This document shows positions 24,701-38,745 of a stretch of 64,000 bases of DNA, in pieces. The notes under the pieces were generated by a model. That model had not been told where the DNA came from and did no database searches. It was given only the letters and a program-made list of their open reading frames with translations. Positions within the stretch are counted from its first letter, which is position 1. Every line of letters starts with the position of its first letter. Location: the NCBI GenBank assembly GCA_964016885.1, contig OZ024745.1, positions 132,742,001 to 132,806,000 of the forward strand, written 5' to 3'. The stretch comes from Eledone cirrhosa (Eukaryota). Both the position numbers and the translations under genes were made by a program.

Positions 24701-26444
24701 CCCATCATCTCAACTAAGAAAAGAGTCTAGAAAGGTAGAGCCAATATTTTCATGTTTTTAGTACATGGGTAAAAGTTAATATAATCATCTTCACCAGTGA
24801 TATTTTTTGTAAACGTTTAAATTTCACATTTTAATCGTTTGTTCAGTGTTCCTATTTAAAAGAAATGAATGATAGTTTCGTGTTGTAATTCCATATCAGA
24901 TGTTTGGCTCAGATTTCGATATCGTTCTTTGATTTTTCATAACTTCTAATTCCGAAAACAATTTTTTGGAGATATATAATTATGTATTATTTAAGTTAGA
25001 TTCAAAACTAAATGCATGATATATTTTGAAACATTATATAAATTGGCTGTGATATAATATTGTCATTAATAAATTGCACTTGAATGCAATTTTGACTTGT
25101 TTAAATATGATTAATAACGTTTATTAATATTGATTTCTGGTGTGGGCACCAAGCCCTAAGGATGCATATACACGCTAATGTTAAATTGTCACAGTTGGAG
25201 ATAGGCCATATTGTATGCTAGCTCAACGCAACCTAGATGTAGTAAACTCTGAGCAAGTAGAAATGGAATGCAAGTGATTATGACGATGGACATGACGTTA
25301 AGAGAAGGCTGAACGTGATGGGCTGATAATTGGAATGTATCCAATGCTAGCTTAACGCAATAAAGTTATATCTGTTTCACATAATTTAATTACAGTTAGA
25401 TACTGGTATCATTAATTTTATTAATCAAATTAAATTTACGGCCTAAGAATTTGTTAATTCAATAGTATTTTCTTATTTAATTTAACTAATGATATATATA
25501 CGTTTATTTTTTCTCATTTTACTATTATTTACCTCATATTAAATATACTGATATTATTGAATTATAATTATATTTCTTACGTGTAAACAACATTGAAATA
25601 TTCGTAGAGCCATTAGGTCTGCGGAAAAGTGAATATATGAAGTCGTATCTAAAAGGCGATAACCTATGTAGCTGTGGTGTTATAAATAGTTTATCAGCCG
25701 TCGTCAGAAGAGCTACACGGATAGTTCTCCGACAAATGACGTTACCGAGGCATAACGTAAGCAGAGATATTTCTGTGCACTTCTATAAGTCCAAACACAA
25801 CAATACACTTTTAAGACGTATTAATATCCATATATTTAAGTGAGGAAAAATGGTAAAAATGTTAGAAAGTTCAACAACATATTGTTCCTTATCTATATAT
25901 GTCATTTTGCATTCCGGTTTCAAAACCGATTATGGTTTCATCAACCCTGTGTCAGTAACATGTGCAACAATTGTCTATTCTCTCCATTTCTACTTCTAAT
26001 TCTTTCTCAAATTCCGTATATCAATTGTTTAAAGTATAACTCATTGACGATACCCGACTTAGATAATATAGTTGTGTATGAAAAATTAACATTATATAAT
26101 GATTCAGTGAGGATAAAATAATATCATACATTGAAAATACTATTTGATATTATTATAAATATTGCGCGTAAAACTGTGTATATTTAAGTGATTCAATGAG
26201 CTCATGATGCCATCAGCATAACGTACATGAAAAGGTATTGAAGCAAAAATTAATTCTGAAACTGGATTTAGAAGGATGTACACTCTTTGGTGCCGGAAAA
26301 CAACATTGGTTATTAGCAGAGCGTCAAGTTCATGTGGTTTAAGATGAGGATGGTATCCTGAAATCATACACGAATGTGAAGGCTTCTAAATACACTATAA
26401 TTGGATCGTTAAACTGCGTAATTATTAAATATACCACCTTAGGC

Positions 26445-26616
26445 AGTAGAGTGATTTTAACACAGAACGTGAGAGCTGACCTCAAATCGATGAAACTCAC
26501 GGAGGAGGTGACGAAGGACCGCGACAAGTGGAGAGATGCTGTGCTGAATAGGACCCGTCTCGCCCTTGCAAGCAGGGAAAAGCGGACGTAAAATGATGAT
26601 GATAATGATGATGATG
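26445..26616 (+). mobile_element. RTE LINE 3' end with (TGA)n tail
   Basis: NVRADLKSMKLTEEVTKDRDKWRDAV followed by gatgatgat. Confidence 0.8.
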
Positions 26617-27184
26617 AACGTAAAGGTCTGGATGAAATCTCTCAAAGTCCGACGTTCCAGAAATTACATGTCCAAAGCCTTATGTTCGAACATTGTTTCT
26701 CGAACTTCGAGGTTTAAAAAGCAAAGATGATATTCACAGGTTTTGAACACAAAACGCATGGAAGTGGACTAATTACCGAAAGGGGTTTAATCCTACACTG
26801 TAATAATTCTGGTAATTTGCCCCATATTAATGTTACAATTCGAAAAATATTTCGAATCAATGATCACACTAGTACTCTACTTTTGCTGTCTGAATTCACT
26901 CAGACAAAGCATGCTCATTCCCGGTAAACTAGGAACGATATATTTATAAAGCATATTTATAAAATGCGTGCGTAATTGAGTTATTACCGGGTAAATTAAT
27001 GACATATATACTTTTTTTATTTAAAATTATATCTATATTTAACTTTCTCTGAATGTAGATACATTTCATTAAAGTAAATATGTAACAATAACTAAATAGT
27101 CTCATGACAATTAGCTGGCAAACACAATTCCGTAGTCTATACCAGACTTTTTATCTATATATCAGGAAATATGACACGTGTTCT

Positions 27185-27900
27185 TATTATCTAAATCTTC
27201 ATCTATATTCCAACTTATTCCTGGGAGTGTCCTCTGACATACGAGCCAGGGGGTCTTGTCGGAAAAAACCGTCTCCAAATGATCTGGCTGGATTCCCAAG
27301 GAAATCCAACGAGCTCAGGGTTGTTATCTAACCATCTCACATATGATCTACTTCTGAGTCTATTGCCGCCTGGTTTACTAGTAAAATCTTTCCAGAGATT
27401 CATTCTTTCGGTCATTAATCACGAGGCATGGTCGTAGTTAAAGGCACGGTAGAACACCCAATTCAAGATAGTAAGTTTGATATTTGTACCTAACTGCTTT
27501 GTTACTGAAAGCCGATTACTGAAGCTGATGCTTTCCTGAACCAACTTCGCACATTTTCCATTTAGCTCAGACCACTAACTTCCATTACACGTGGAAACAA
27601 TCCGTGATGCTTGAAATCCTACACGTGATTCAGTGTGACTGCACTCACATGCAAGCTGTACTGCACCAGCTTTGTGGTGAGGATGGGTGCCTCAGTCTTC
27701 GCAGCAATGATATTCATCCCACCGTGCAGTTTTCGTCAACAAACGGATCCAGTATATTTCCGATATCACATCCCGAGGAGGTAAATAGTTCCATGTCGTC
27801 TGCAAATTCCAGGTGACTGATGCTACGTCCACCTATGCTGATAACATTTCCAATCCAGCTACGCATGTCAATCCTGTCCCTGAAAATTATGAAATGATTC
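27185..27900 (-). mobile_element. RTE LINE RT C-terminal fragment, degraded
   Basis: DRIDMRS...ISHLEFADDM and SKPGGNRLRSRSYVRWLDN. Homologous to 44220-45075. Confidence 0.8.
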
Positions 27901-27999
27901 TGCCACCTCTTTTCGGGCCTATTTTTACCGCACGTATATTTTAAAGCCAAGATTTTAAACCACCAGCGTTGCTCATATGACATACTTAACCCTCCATTT

Positions 28000-28698
28000 A
28001 ACTAAAGAATTTAAAAGGTTCCCTTGACATCCGGCGTCACATTGAACTGATTTCACCCGTGACATAACAGAAATTGTCTATGTAAAGAGTCTCCACACCA
28101 TTTCGAAGTCCTTTGTTTGTTCAGGAGGTTCTCTGAATTTTGATGCAAGAGTATCCACATGCCTGGTGTTAACGTCTGCACAGTCAATACTTCCCACACA
28201 TCCTGTAGATTGAACTGGACCTACCAGTTCTAGGGATAACTTGACTAGAGGTAATCTCGGGTTGCAAATAACTAGATACTAATCAGATGAAAGCTCAACA
28301 TCAAATTCCTGCACAGAATCCAAGTAATCAAGGAGAATTAAAACAAAAATCAATTACTGACTGTTCTCTCCAATTTCCCTTATACCATGTATGTTTATGA
28401 ATATTTTTGTGCTGGAGAAATTGTTCATAAGAGAAAGTATATTACTAAAACAACCATCTAATAGGGCCTCTCTTTCCACATTTCGATCAAGGTCAGCGTT
28501 CATTGATCTCTCACTTCCATGTCTGGTTATCAGTGCTAGAATGCGCATTGGAGCCTACCATTAGGGTATATATGTCTAAATCAAAGCTAACGCTGCAAGA
28601 AATAATTTCTATTCGGACTTCCTGTTTGACGTATAAACTTGCACCATCCAGGTAGACATTTCTTGCGTCCTAAGCGTCAGGAGTAAAATCCTGCTTCT

Positions 28699-28730
<32 letters not shown>

Positions 28731-29250
28731 ACAGCTCACATCTATGCAGGTTTAGCTGGCCTCCCCCAAGGTATATCTCGTTGGAGGTGTCTATGGTGAT
28801 TTAATGATAGGGACCCCAGTCCTATCATCTCATTTCTACAGCTGAGTAAACTGGAGCAACGTGAAATAAAGTGTCTTGCTCAAGGAAGCAACACATCACC
28901 CGGTCCGAAAATAGAACTCACAACCTTTCGATTGAAAGCCCAATGATCTAACCACTAAGCAATGCGCCTAATGGGATCCATAACACATTTTTACTGTCGG
29001 CGTCTTTTGTCTATCTCCACCACCACTTGTGGAGTCCTGTGTGATACCACACCTATATAGTGGAGTTCCCAAACTACATACAAATCTAGGCATGAAATTT
29101 GTTTAGAGAACCCCGACAATATATAACTGGTGACATATGACCTTTTCCACTGCTTCTGACTCCTTGTATGAATTGTAACGTTGATGTTGTCACTTCTTAC
29201 TCTTTACCACCTTTTGGGCTCTCTTTCGGATCTCCGGATACGTAACAAAT
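28000..29250 (-). pseudogene. Decayed cadherin-repeat remnants
   Basis: NFMPRFVCSLGTPLYRCGITQDS, SFDLD/PNGRLQC, ADLDRNVE...FSSTKIFINIH and SIDCADVNT. Confidence 0.45.
28731..28968 (-). mobile_element. SINE family B with (CA)n tail
   Basis: Reverse complement of 63150-63390. Confidence 0.9.
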
Positions 29251-29849
29251 ATCTCATCTCTAGAATGATATAACTATTTTCAAATATTATAATCCTATGA
29301 ACAACATCCCATTTAAAATATTCATACATTTCAAACGATATAATTTAATGCGTGTTTCTATTTTCTTTGGTGATTGTGATCATTTTTCGTTTTTCTTGAA
29401 CACTTTTATATTTTACCCAAAATTTCTCCTATTTTATGACAAGTTTCTCCGTCACGTAAGAGATTATCTTGGTTAAGCGGTAAACTATTTACCTGGTTTA
29501 TGTAATTTTACATATTCACGATAGTATGAATTATAAAATAAACAATATCATTAACAGTATGATATATAGAGTTATTATTACCACGAAAACTTGACTTTGG
29601 CTTTTTTGTTAGTAACATTTAAATCTTAGCTGGGGAAATCGATGTCTCAAAAGAAAAAAAAATGAAAAAAATGCTTTAGTGTATATTTTGTGAATGGGAC
29701 ATAATATATGTTTACTTTAGATATTATAACATTCAGAGTCATAACTAATTAACAACGGCACATTAGATTATAATTGGTAGAATTGATGAAATCAATAACA
29801 ATATATATATTATCAAATGTTCTAGAGTAAATGAAAATATATTAAGAAA

Positions 29850-30420
29850 TCAACGTACGACCTGGTCTCCAAGCATTCGGGAAGAGTGTGATAATAATGA
29901 ATGTCATATTTTGGGGATTGTAGTAGAAATGAATTAATCTTGTCTCATATTTAGAATCTTCATTACAAACGTCCTTTTCGTAGGGAAATCATCCGATTGC
30001 CCTCATGGCAATGCTATCACTATCCGGAGGGGCACATTGAATAATTTGATTAATTAGTATACAGAAATATGAATAGCTTCCTGACGGTTATATTGTCAAG
30101 AGTATTTCAAGGTAGAATTGTCATTATGTTCACCTTGACACTTACGAAAGATTTACAAGAATTTATGGAATAGACAGTGAACTTTAATACATTTAGGGAG
30201 AAAATACATTGCTGACAAAGCGGGTAGTAGGTCATTAATGTATACATAATAATGAAGAAATATATAGTAATTCTTTCAAACTAACCAGTAATAATAGAAC
30301 TGAAATTACCGGAATGAATATCCTTTCAAAATGGCAAAAGTATCTACATGGTATATTAAACAATGACAGTTCATACCTCTACCAACTTTATATTGAATGT
30401 AAAAAGGTTGAAGGTCAATA
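29850..30420 (+). pseudogene. Decayed LRR-protein N-terminal region (LRR-NT plus repeats)
   Basis: ECDNNECHIFGDCSRNEL, HGNAITIRRGTLNNLIN, NSFLTVILSRVFQG and VNFNTF. Confidence 0.5.
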
Positions 30421-30479
30421 ATAATACTATAATAATATATCAAACATTATTATAATCATACTCAACTATACTTCAAATC

Positions 30480-30760
30480 CATCTATCTGCATTAACATCA
30501 AGTTCTTTATCAGGATGATCATTTCAGCTGTCATCAAATGTAGATTTAGATGCTTCCTCAGATGTCTTCAAGAAATCGTTGAAAAATTTCTACTTTCTTG
30601 ACGTGATATTATGTTGTTGCAGCCCACATTCGTATCATTCTCACGATCAATAATGGTGTCGCCTTACCATTTAAACTTGAATAGTTCTTTACCACCACTC
30701 CATGTATTCTACCAACCAATAGATATCTGAAACCACTAGTTAATATTAGTCAGTCTAAGT
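30480..30760 (-). pseudogene. Decayed protocadherin-like EC1/EC2 junction
   Basis: ELFKF...IIDRENDTNVGC and DDS*NDHPDKELDV resemble IDRE..C and DxNDxxPxFP. Confidence 0.4.
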
Positions 30761-30924
30761 TTTAGAATAGTAGAATAATCTTTATTCACTAATTCATATT
30801 TTATGTATCTCACCATTTTCGTGAATTATGATTTCAATTATATCTTCTGATATTCAAATTTGAACATCGAACCTAAATTCTTTAATTCATTAATTACTGA
30901 TATGCATATACTAGGACTGTACTT

Positions 30925-31075
30925 CCTGAGTTCAAATCCCGTCGATGTTAGCTTTGCCTTTGATTATTAACGGATCGATAACATAAAGTACCAGTAACGC
31001 ATTAGGGGCCGATTTAATCGCCTTTCTCCTTTCTTTCAAAATGCCTGCCTTGTGCCAAATGTAGTAACAATTGTT
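30925..31075 (+). mobile_element. SINE family A, truncated
   Basis: Core and tail match. Confidence 0.8.
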
Positions 31076-31507
31076 ATTGCTTCTTAGTGGAAAGGTGTAT
31101 TAATAGAGGTGGTAGATACAGGGAGGAAAGTATTCATGTCTGAGTAAAAAATTTATATTGGAAGTATAACTATTGTGTCCATTATACATTGACACTTTGT
31201 TGTGGAAAAGATAAATCCACTAAAATATTGGGTTCGACATTCTGACACTGCTGTAAGTTATTGATAAGTAATTAATTGGGTTGGTGAATGGAAGCAAAAT
31301 GTAGTGTGGTTGGCCATATACCTAATTTTCATTACAGTGGTAATTTCATAATCTAACCTGCACCAAATACACGGCTATATTTTTAGGACATTCATTCTTC
31401 ATATATAAGGAACTCAGACCCTCAATTGAAAATATTCTCCAGTTATGTGGCTTTAGGCCAATACAAAACAATATTGACATTAAAGTTTCATTTAAGTCAC
31501 TATTATT

Positions 31508-31692
31508 GCGGTGGATTGGCAGGATCGGTAGAGGGTCGGACATGCTTTGCAGTATAGTTACGTCGATTTACGATCTGAGTTCAAATCCGCCGAGGTTAAC
31601 TTTGCCTCTCGTCATTACGGGGTCGATAAAATAAAGTACCAGTAATACACTGAGATAATTGCTGGCCTTGTGCCTAAAGTAGAAACAATTAT
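31508..31692 (+). mobile_element. SINE family A
   Basis: Full-length match to 23451-23641. Confidence 0.9.
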
Positions 31693-31929
31693 TGTAGGGT
31701 TTCAGCATTGATTTGAGCATCCCAGATATTTACACTATATATTTTAGTTTTTCATTACCTGTGTATCAAGGACACTATTCGCAAATACCGTGCAATATCT
31801 TGCAATTTTATACTCATCGCCATGTTTGTATGTTCTTGACTTTAAGTTATTGATTTGTTGCATACATTTAATCAGTTTTACGTCACATAATGTTATAGAG
31901 AATCTTTTGATTTCATTTTTTTGTGTACT

Positions 31930-32340
31930 GGATATCTCTATTTCCTGATATTCCTATCTATATGATTTCTACATCAACGTTTATTGTGAAATATTTAGTT
32001 TAGAAGGCATATTTCTTCTACTTGGACATTATGTTATGTCTAGTTGATCTCAGTTTTTTAATCCCGCAAAGTATTTGAGTCCTTAATTAATTCCTCTCTC
32101 TACAATCGGAATCTCTAATAAGATCCAATAATAAGTACATACTTTAAACTGCTGCATTCATTTGTTATTCCTAGTGTGAACTTGAAGTCATCTATATTGA
32201 AAATATAGTTTATTGTCCATAGATAGCATCCATATCCAAGTTAAGTCTTCTTTAAAACGTTCAGTAAATGTTTTGGGGCTAAATAGAGAAAATGAGATTT
32301 CTCCTAGTCATTTACATTTGTAATCTAAATTCTATGTTTG
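31930..32340 (-). pseudogene. Decayed LRR remnants
   Basis: RRNLIFSI/PKTF and YFAGLKN*DQLDI. Confidence 0.35.
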
Positions 32341-32344
32341 TCTG

Positions 32345-32590
32345 GATTATATCTTCCTTTTCTTCGCCCACTTATACCTGAGAGGATGGATGTCTTCAGA
32401 CATCTCCTCCCAGAGGATCTTGTAGAAGCATCCGTCGCCAACTGATCCGACTGGATCCCCAAGCGAGACTAGCCTAGTAATGGATAATATCCAATGATGT
32501 TGCTCGAGTTCCTCCCCTGGGTCCCCTGCTAGTTGGTTTTGCGATTCTGTTGTGAGACATACTAACAACATGCCCATAGTACCGGAGCTG
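32345..32590 (-). mobile_element. RTE LINE 3' fragment
   Basis: Similar to 44840-45075 in reverse (ccaactagcaggggacccagggg...tggatattatcca). Confidence 0.65.
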
Positions 32591-33016
32591 TGATTATGTG
32601 TTTACTTTGTTTACTTACTACCAATGCTACTTTACACATGGTTAAAATGTCCAACATCTATGTACGGGTCGCTTTACATCATGCTACATTCATTGGTTAT
32701 GGCGTCGTTGAAAAATAATTATTCTTTACAACTTTCACAATTATTATCACCATCAGGTGTCCAGCCGCTTCAACCATGTTTCTACCCTAACACGAGATGA
32801 AAGGGAATTTCCCACGAAACGAGCCAAACGTCACTGCAAGTCAACCTAAAGTAATACACAAACACAAGTCTACATTTGCGAAAAAATAAAATACTTTCAA
32901 GACATCAGAAACGTGATTTTTATTCAGATGTGCAGCGCCCAATAGGGTAAACCTTTCGTAGAGAGTGATTTGTTACTGGGGGGTTCTGTTTGCTTATTAT
33001 TGTTATTATTATAAGA

Positions 33017-33235
33017 GTGGTGGATTGGCAGTATGGGTAGAGTCGGACACCAAGCTTTGCAGCATAGAGTTACGGTCCTTTACCGTCTGAGTTCAAATCC
33101 CGCCGAGGTTAACTTTGCCTTTCATCATTACGTGGCTGATAAAATAAAGTACCAGTAACGTAATGGGGGTCGATTTAATCGACTTTCCCCTCCCCAAAAA
33201 TTGATGGTTTGTGCCTAAATAAGATTATTATTATT
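33017..33235 (+). mobile_element. SINE family A with (ATT)n tail
   Basis: Head, core and tail match. Confidence 0.88.
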
Positions 33236-33975
33236 ATTATGAATATTATCCTCAGCATTAATATCATCATCATAATCATCATTATTATCATCATCATCAA
33301 TTTCCTTTTTGTTCTTCATCATTTATGTTTTCGTTTACTTTACATGTGGTGTATAATGTCTTCCATGATTAAATATCTCTCTCTTCCCCTCTATTACTCT
33401 AACTCCCTTCACATCTTTCTCTCTTTTCTTATCGCTCTCTTTTACTCTCTTCATATATATATGTATATATATATGGGGGTGGGTGGGGGCTGCGAGTAAG
33501 TGATTGTGCATAATTAATAAGCGTATGCATGCATGTAGGTATCCTGGAGTACGTAAATATAAATGCTTGCACAAAAGACGCTTGACTTTATTCTAGAAAA
33601 AAAGATAATAAATTACTGCTGACATCAGCATGTGGCCACTTTATCAAATATAAGTTTACAGAATCGACCCTTTCCATATTCCACTGAAGAATTCTTGAAA
33701 AGACAGGAAAAAAATAAATGATTACTACATATATTTCATTAATTTAGTCACTCTCTCTTTCTATCTTTCTTTCATATACATACACATGTACATGGGAGTG
33801 TGTGAATATGTGTAGAAAGACATCAAAAATGTTGATATGGATATATGCACACGTCCACTCAAGCACACACATGTATACATACGAGAGTGCAAATGTACAT
33901 GCGCTCTCATACATAAGCATATATATATATATATATATGTGTGTGTGTATGTATGTATATATGTGTGTATAAGTA

Positions 33976-34044
<69 letters not shown>

Positions 34045-34077
34045 ATATCTGTGTGTGTGTGTGTTTACGTGTGTTCA

Positions 34078-34152
<75 letters not shown>

Positions 34153-34153
<1 letters not shown>

Positions 34154-34980
34154 CGTTTCGAGTTGTAAGGCCAAGACAATTCAGGTATGGATATAGAATA
34201 TAAATACAAATGCAAAAGATATTGTTGACAATTAGTCTTTTACCTTAAATTTATTTAAATATCCTTAATTTTCGAGATAATATCTCTTCTTCGGAGGGAA
34301 GTAAAGGGGTTAATCCAGTGTTCTAATTAGCTTGCCAAGTCATGCTGACAGGAAATGGTATAGAGATTCCATTCTATCTCTAATGTCAAAGAGTGAACGT
34401 TAGGTGGATAAAGAGTAGTCTCCCTTTAAAAGGGGTTTTGTACATATATGTTTAAGTGTGTGGGAGAATACGTGAAGGCGTAAGTATGCGTGTGTGTGTG
34501 TGAGTGTGAGAAGATATTTCTATATGTAAATGTTAGTATTGAGGTGTTCTATTATAAAAGAACACTTCAATACTAACGCTTCCTCATTTAAGAAACACCT
34601 AGTGAAATGCAAAAACACCGAGAAAAACATAACAGTTAGGATAGAAACTAAGGAAAGAAACCTCGGCAATCTTAGAATTAAGGAAGCACTGATTATAGAC
34701 AAAACACAACAACCAATCAATAATAGACTAGAACTCAACACCCAATTTTAACATGATAGAGCACCGAGCCCCACACTTACACACACCTCTCACACACACA
34801 CGCAGACGCACACACACGCGCACACACACACACACATACACGCTTACACCTCCACTTATTCACTCTCACACACACAAAAAGACCAGTTTTAACATGATAG
34901 AGCATCTAGCCCCCACATTTACATATAGACATATCTTCTCACACTCACACACACACACATGCATACTTACGCCTTCACTC
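34153..34980. mobile_element. Penelope-like element remnant: inverted terminal repeat (34153-34533, minus) joined to a 5'-truncated plus-strand body
   Basis: The plus body encodes a GIY-YIG C-terminus. Its 3' UTR (about 34915-34978) is the reverse complement of about 34472-34533. The minus arm carries the family 2 hammerhead motif at 34262-34298. Confidence 0.85.
34530..34751 (+). pseudogene. PLE GIY-YIG endonuclease C-terminal fragment
   Basis: IKEHFNTNASSFKKHLVKCK...IETKERNLGNLRIKEALIIDKTQQPINNR matches R.KEH...S..HL..C...IL..E...R.IKEAL.I...P.LN. Confidence 0.8.
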
Positions 34981-35630
34981 GATAATAAATGTTATTCACC
35001 TCCAATTTTTCAAAATAATCAATAGGTTACTTGTAAAAGGTTCTTAATATATAAAAAAAACATTTTTTCGAATCGTATTTACTAGTATAGAGAGTGAGGA
35101 AGGGGGAGAAGAATTAGGAAGTAAAGGGACAAAGGGAGATGGAGGGAGGGGTAAAGATGGAAGGATTCTTCGATCAGAGTTGATTCGTAGACTTGATGTC
35201 GTCAATTTACAGTGTAGGGAGTTAAAGAGAATTAAATTGTTTATAGTGGGAGGGAGAGAGGGGGGAGAGAGAGATAAATATATATATAAAAAAGGGGGAA
35301 GTTAAAAAAGAAGAAAAAAAAAGAGAAAAAAAATGAAACGGTCGTAAAAACATGGATAAAATCCTTTTTTTAATGCTTACCTGTGTTTTCTCTTTTATTG
35401 TTTATACTGCAAGATTGAACGGGATTTACTACCCAGATTCTTGCAAACTTGCGGAGTTACCCCTAACCGTACGTTGGAAACCGTCCAAGAAACTGGCTTG
35501 ACCACGAACTGGAGGATTACATTAAGCAATTTTCTGCTTTCCTAACTATATATATATATACATCCAGCGAACCTTCAACCGTCAAGGTTGTTTTTCTACG
35601 GGTATGTCAACATTTATAAAACAAATTTTG

Positions 35631-35695
35631 TATTTTATCTGATGAAAGCGCACCAAAAGTGCCTATGTTGCCCTTGAAATATATATAATAAAATA
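35631..35695 (+). ncRNA. Type I hammerhead ribozyme motif
   Basis: tattttat CTGATGA aag...ctt GAAA tatata TA ataaaata: 8 bp stem I, canonical core, palindromic stem III. Confidence 0.72.
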
Positions 35696-35828
35696 AGTAT
35701 GGTTTTATAAATATAGTTTCCATTTATTAATATATTGAATAATATTTACTCTAGTTATTTGTTGAGTGCTTTATATCAGTTATAAAACTTTTAAGCTTGT
35801 TGAATCCCAACAAATTAAATACAACCTC

Positions 35829-35886
<58 letters not shown>

Positions 35887-35900
35887 GATATCTGTGTGTT

Positions 35901-35957
<57 letters not shown>

Positions 35958-35997
35958 CTATATATATATATATAGTAATGATATATATATATATATG

Positions 35998-36743
<746 letters not shown>

Positions 36744-38639
36744 GAGTGTAGGCTACATTCTGCTGAAATTATGATGGATCTTATGTTTCAATTCCTACAG
36801 GAATGTACTTACGAAATCAGTGATTTCTACTTCGATCTGATCGCAGATGTTTGCTGATACAGTTCTTTGCTAATAATGTATACCATAAATCTTATATTGC
36901 CCTGAATTTGAAGATAAATATTTGCTGAAGTGTCGCGGGTGTTACTAGAATGACTCAGACGATAAGGTTTCATGTAGAATTAGACAGATACACTGTAGAG
37001 ATCCTATAGCAAATATTTCAATATAGTGGAATTAATCTTGGTTTTTATACAGATTCTATTTCATCTTCGTCAACACTGACATGGAATGGTTTACTGAAAA
37101 CAACACCAAAGAATACAATTTCTCAGATGTTTTGAAACATTACCTCTATTTTTTCATCATCCACCCCAAAGTCAGCCATGACAGGGTTAACACATTGGAA
37201 GAGGTGTTCAAGCCAAGATCTGCTTCACTTTATATTTCAGATAAAGTATATCTAGGATTTTGTTATCCCTCGCATCCTTCCATGTTCATACGTTAGGATA
37301 GGATTAGAATCAGGTAAGTCTGTTCTTTCTAACATGTAGAGAAAGTGCAAAAAATATATTTTTATTAATATAATCTATCTGATTTTCGTATTTACTTCAT
37401 GTCCAAACACGTTACTAATTTGATTAGTTGTTATGATTTAATCATCTTAGTGTTCTTACATTTAGTCTTATACTTAAATTATATATTTAGTGTGTAAAAT
37501 AAGGGGATAGAACTTAAATTAAATGCATTGTAATTCCAAAGATGGGAAACTTGATTGATCATATAAAAACATACATGATTGCCTCCCCGCCAAACAACAA
37601 AATATATCATTAATGTATTGCTATTATTAAATAATTAAATGTAATCGAATTTCGTATAATCAAATCAATAGGAATATAATAGAAATCTGAAAAAATAATT
37701 ACATATCTACATTGTCATATCTGCAGATATATTTATATTTTCTCTTTAGATATCCTTATTATGCCATATATAAGCCGTTTCTGGGTGTCTTCTTACCAGT
37801 TTGGATATTTCTGTCTATTCATATAGAGATCATAAAAAACTGTAGAAGGAAACTTCCTATCTGTAGATACGGTGTTTGGTAACTCTCTGACCTAGATAAC
37901 ATCACAAGATAGTCAAGAATCAGTGTAACTTTCTATATCAACTGCATGCCAATAATTCTTAGATATATAGGCCAGGATCTACATTAATAAACAACTGTTT
38001 GATTAACTGAACAACCGTGTATGTCATTTAGCTTGTAATTGGTTGAATATTCCTGAGTGGTATACCCCCAATGTACTCCTTGCGGCTAGAACAGGGTGAC
38101 ACAGTGTTTTAGACTAGTGGCATGTATAATGAAAGTCATTTTGCTGGACTTCAATATATTTTCTATCAACTTAATATCAATCACAATGCTCAGGACACCG
38201 GGCGGCTATGGTAAAGGATAGTGTTATCCAATCTGGAAAGCTGTGATTAGGAAGCAAACATCTTAACCACCGGGACATCTTTTCGTTTGTAATATATCAT
38301 AGCATCCATACATAATTTATTGCAGAATGTCAAACTGAAAAGTAAAAAAACATAAACGCTGACACGATATAAATATATAATAGTAATTATACGACTTACT
38401 TTGACGATTGTTACTGTCTGACGCATATGTTGAATAACATATTCACAGAGAAATATTTAGTTTAAAGTGCAAATTGGAGAGCATAATTTTAGTTTAACTA
38501 TAATTTTTAATTACTAATTATCTATAATTGGTTGTGAAAGATTATAAATACTTTTAAACACATATTAATTTTCATTATGGGTAGCCAAGCACAAAGTTGT
38601 GAATTGGAAGCTGTTGGAGTAAACGGATTCGATATTTGT

Positions 38640-38745
38640 ACCAGATCACTGCGTTCTTATTTCGAATCCCACCGAGGTTACATTTGTCTTTCATTCTTAC
38701 GAGGCCGATAAATAAATCAACTATCATGTACTAATGTCGATTGTA
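38640..38745 (+). mobile_element. SINE family A, old fragment
   Basis: ttcgaatcccaccgaggttacatttgtctttcattcttacgaggccgataaa. Confidence 0.65.

Larger units (their letters stand above)
23900..26930 (+). pseudogene. Decayed cadherin-repeat remnants, patchy
   Basis: LVIDTNRTYP...QKYSTKI, IGHIVC*LNAT, WNASDYDDGHD, KINSETGF and LILHCNNSGNLPHINVTIRKIFRINDHT. Confidence 0.45.

Noticed and set aside
33675-33712. CTGAAGA...GAAA hammerhead-like string
   Set aside because: Only 6 nt lie between the cores, so no proper stem II can form, and there is no NUH or stem III pairing.
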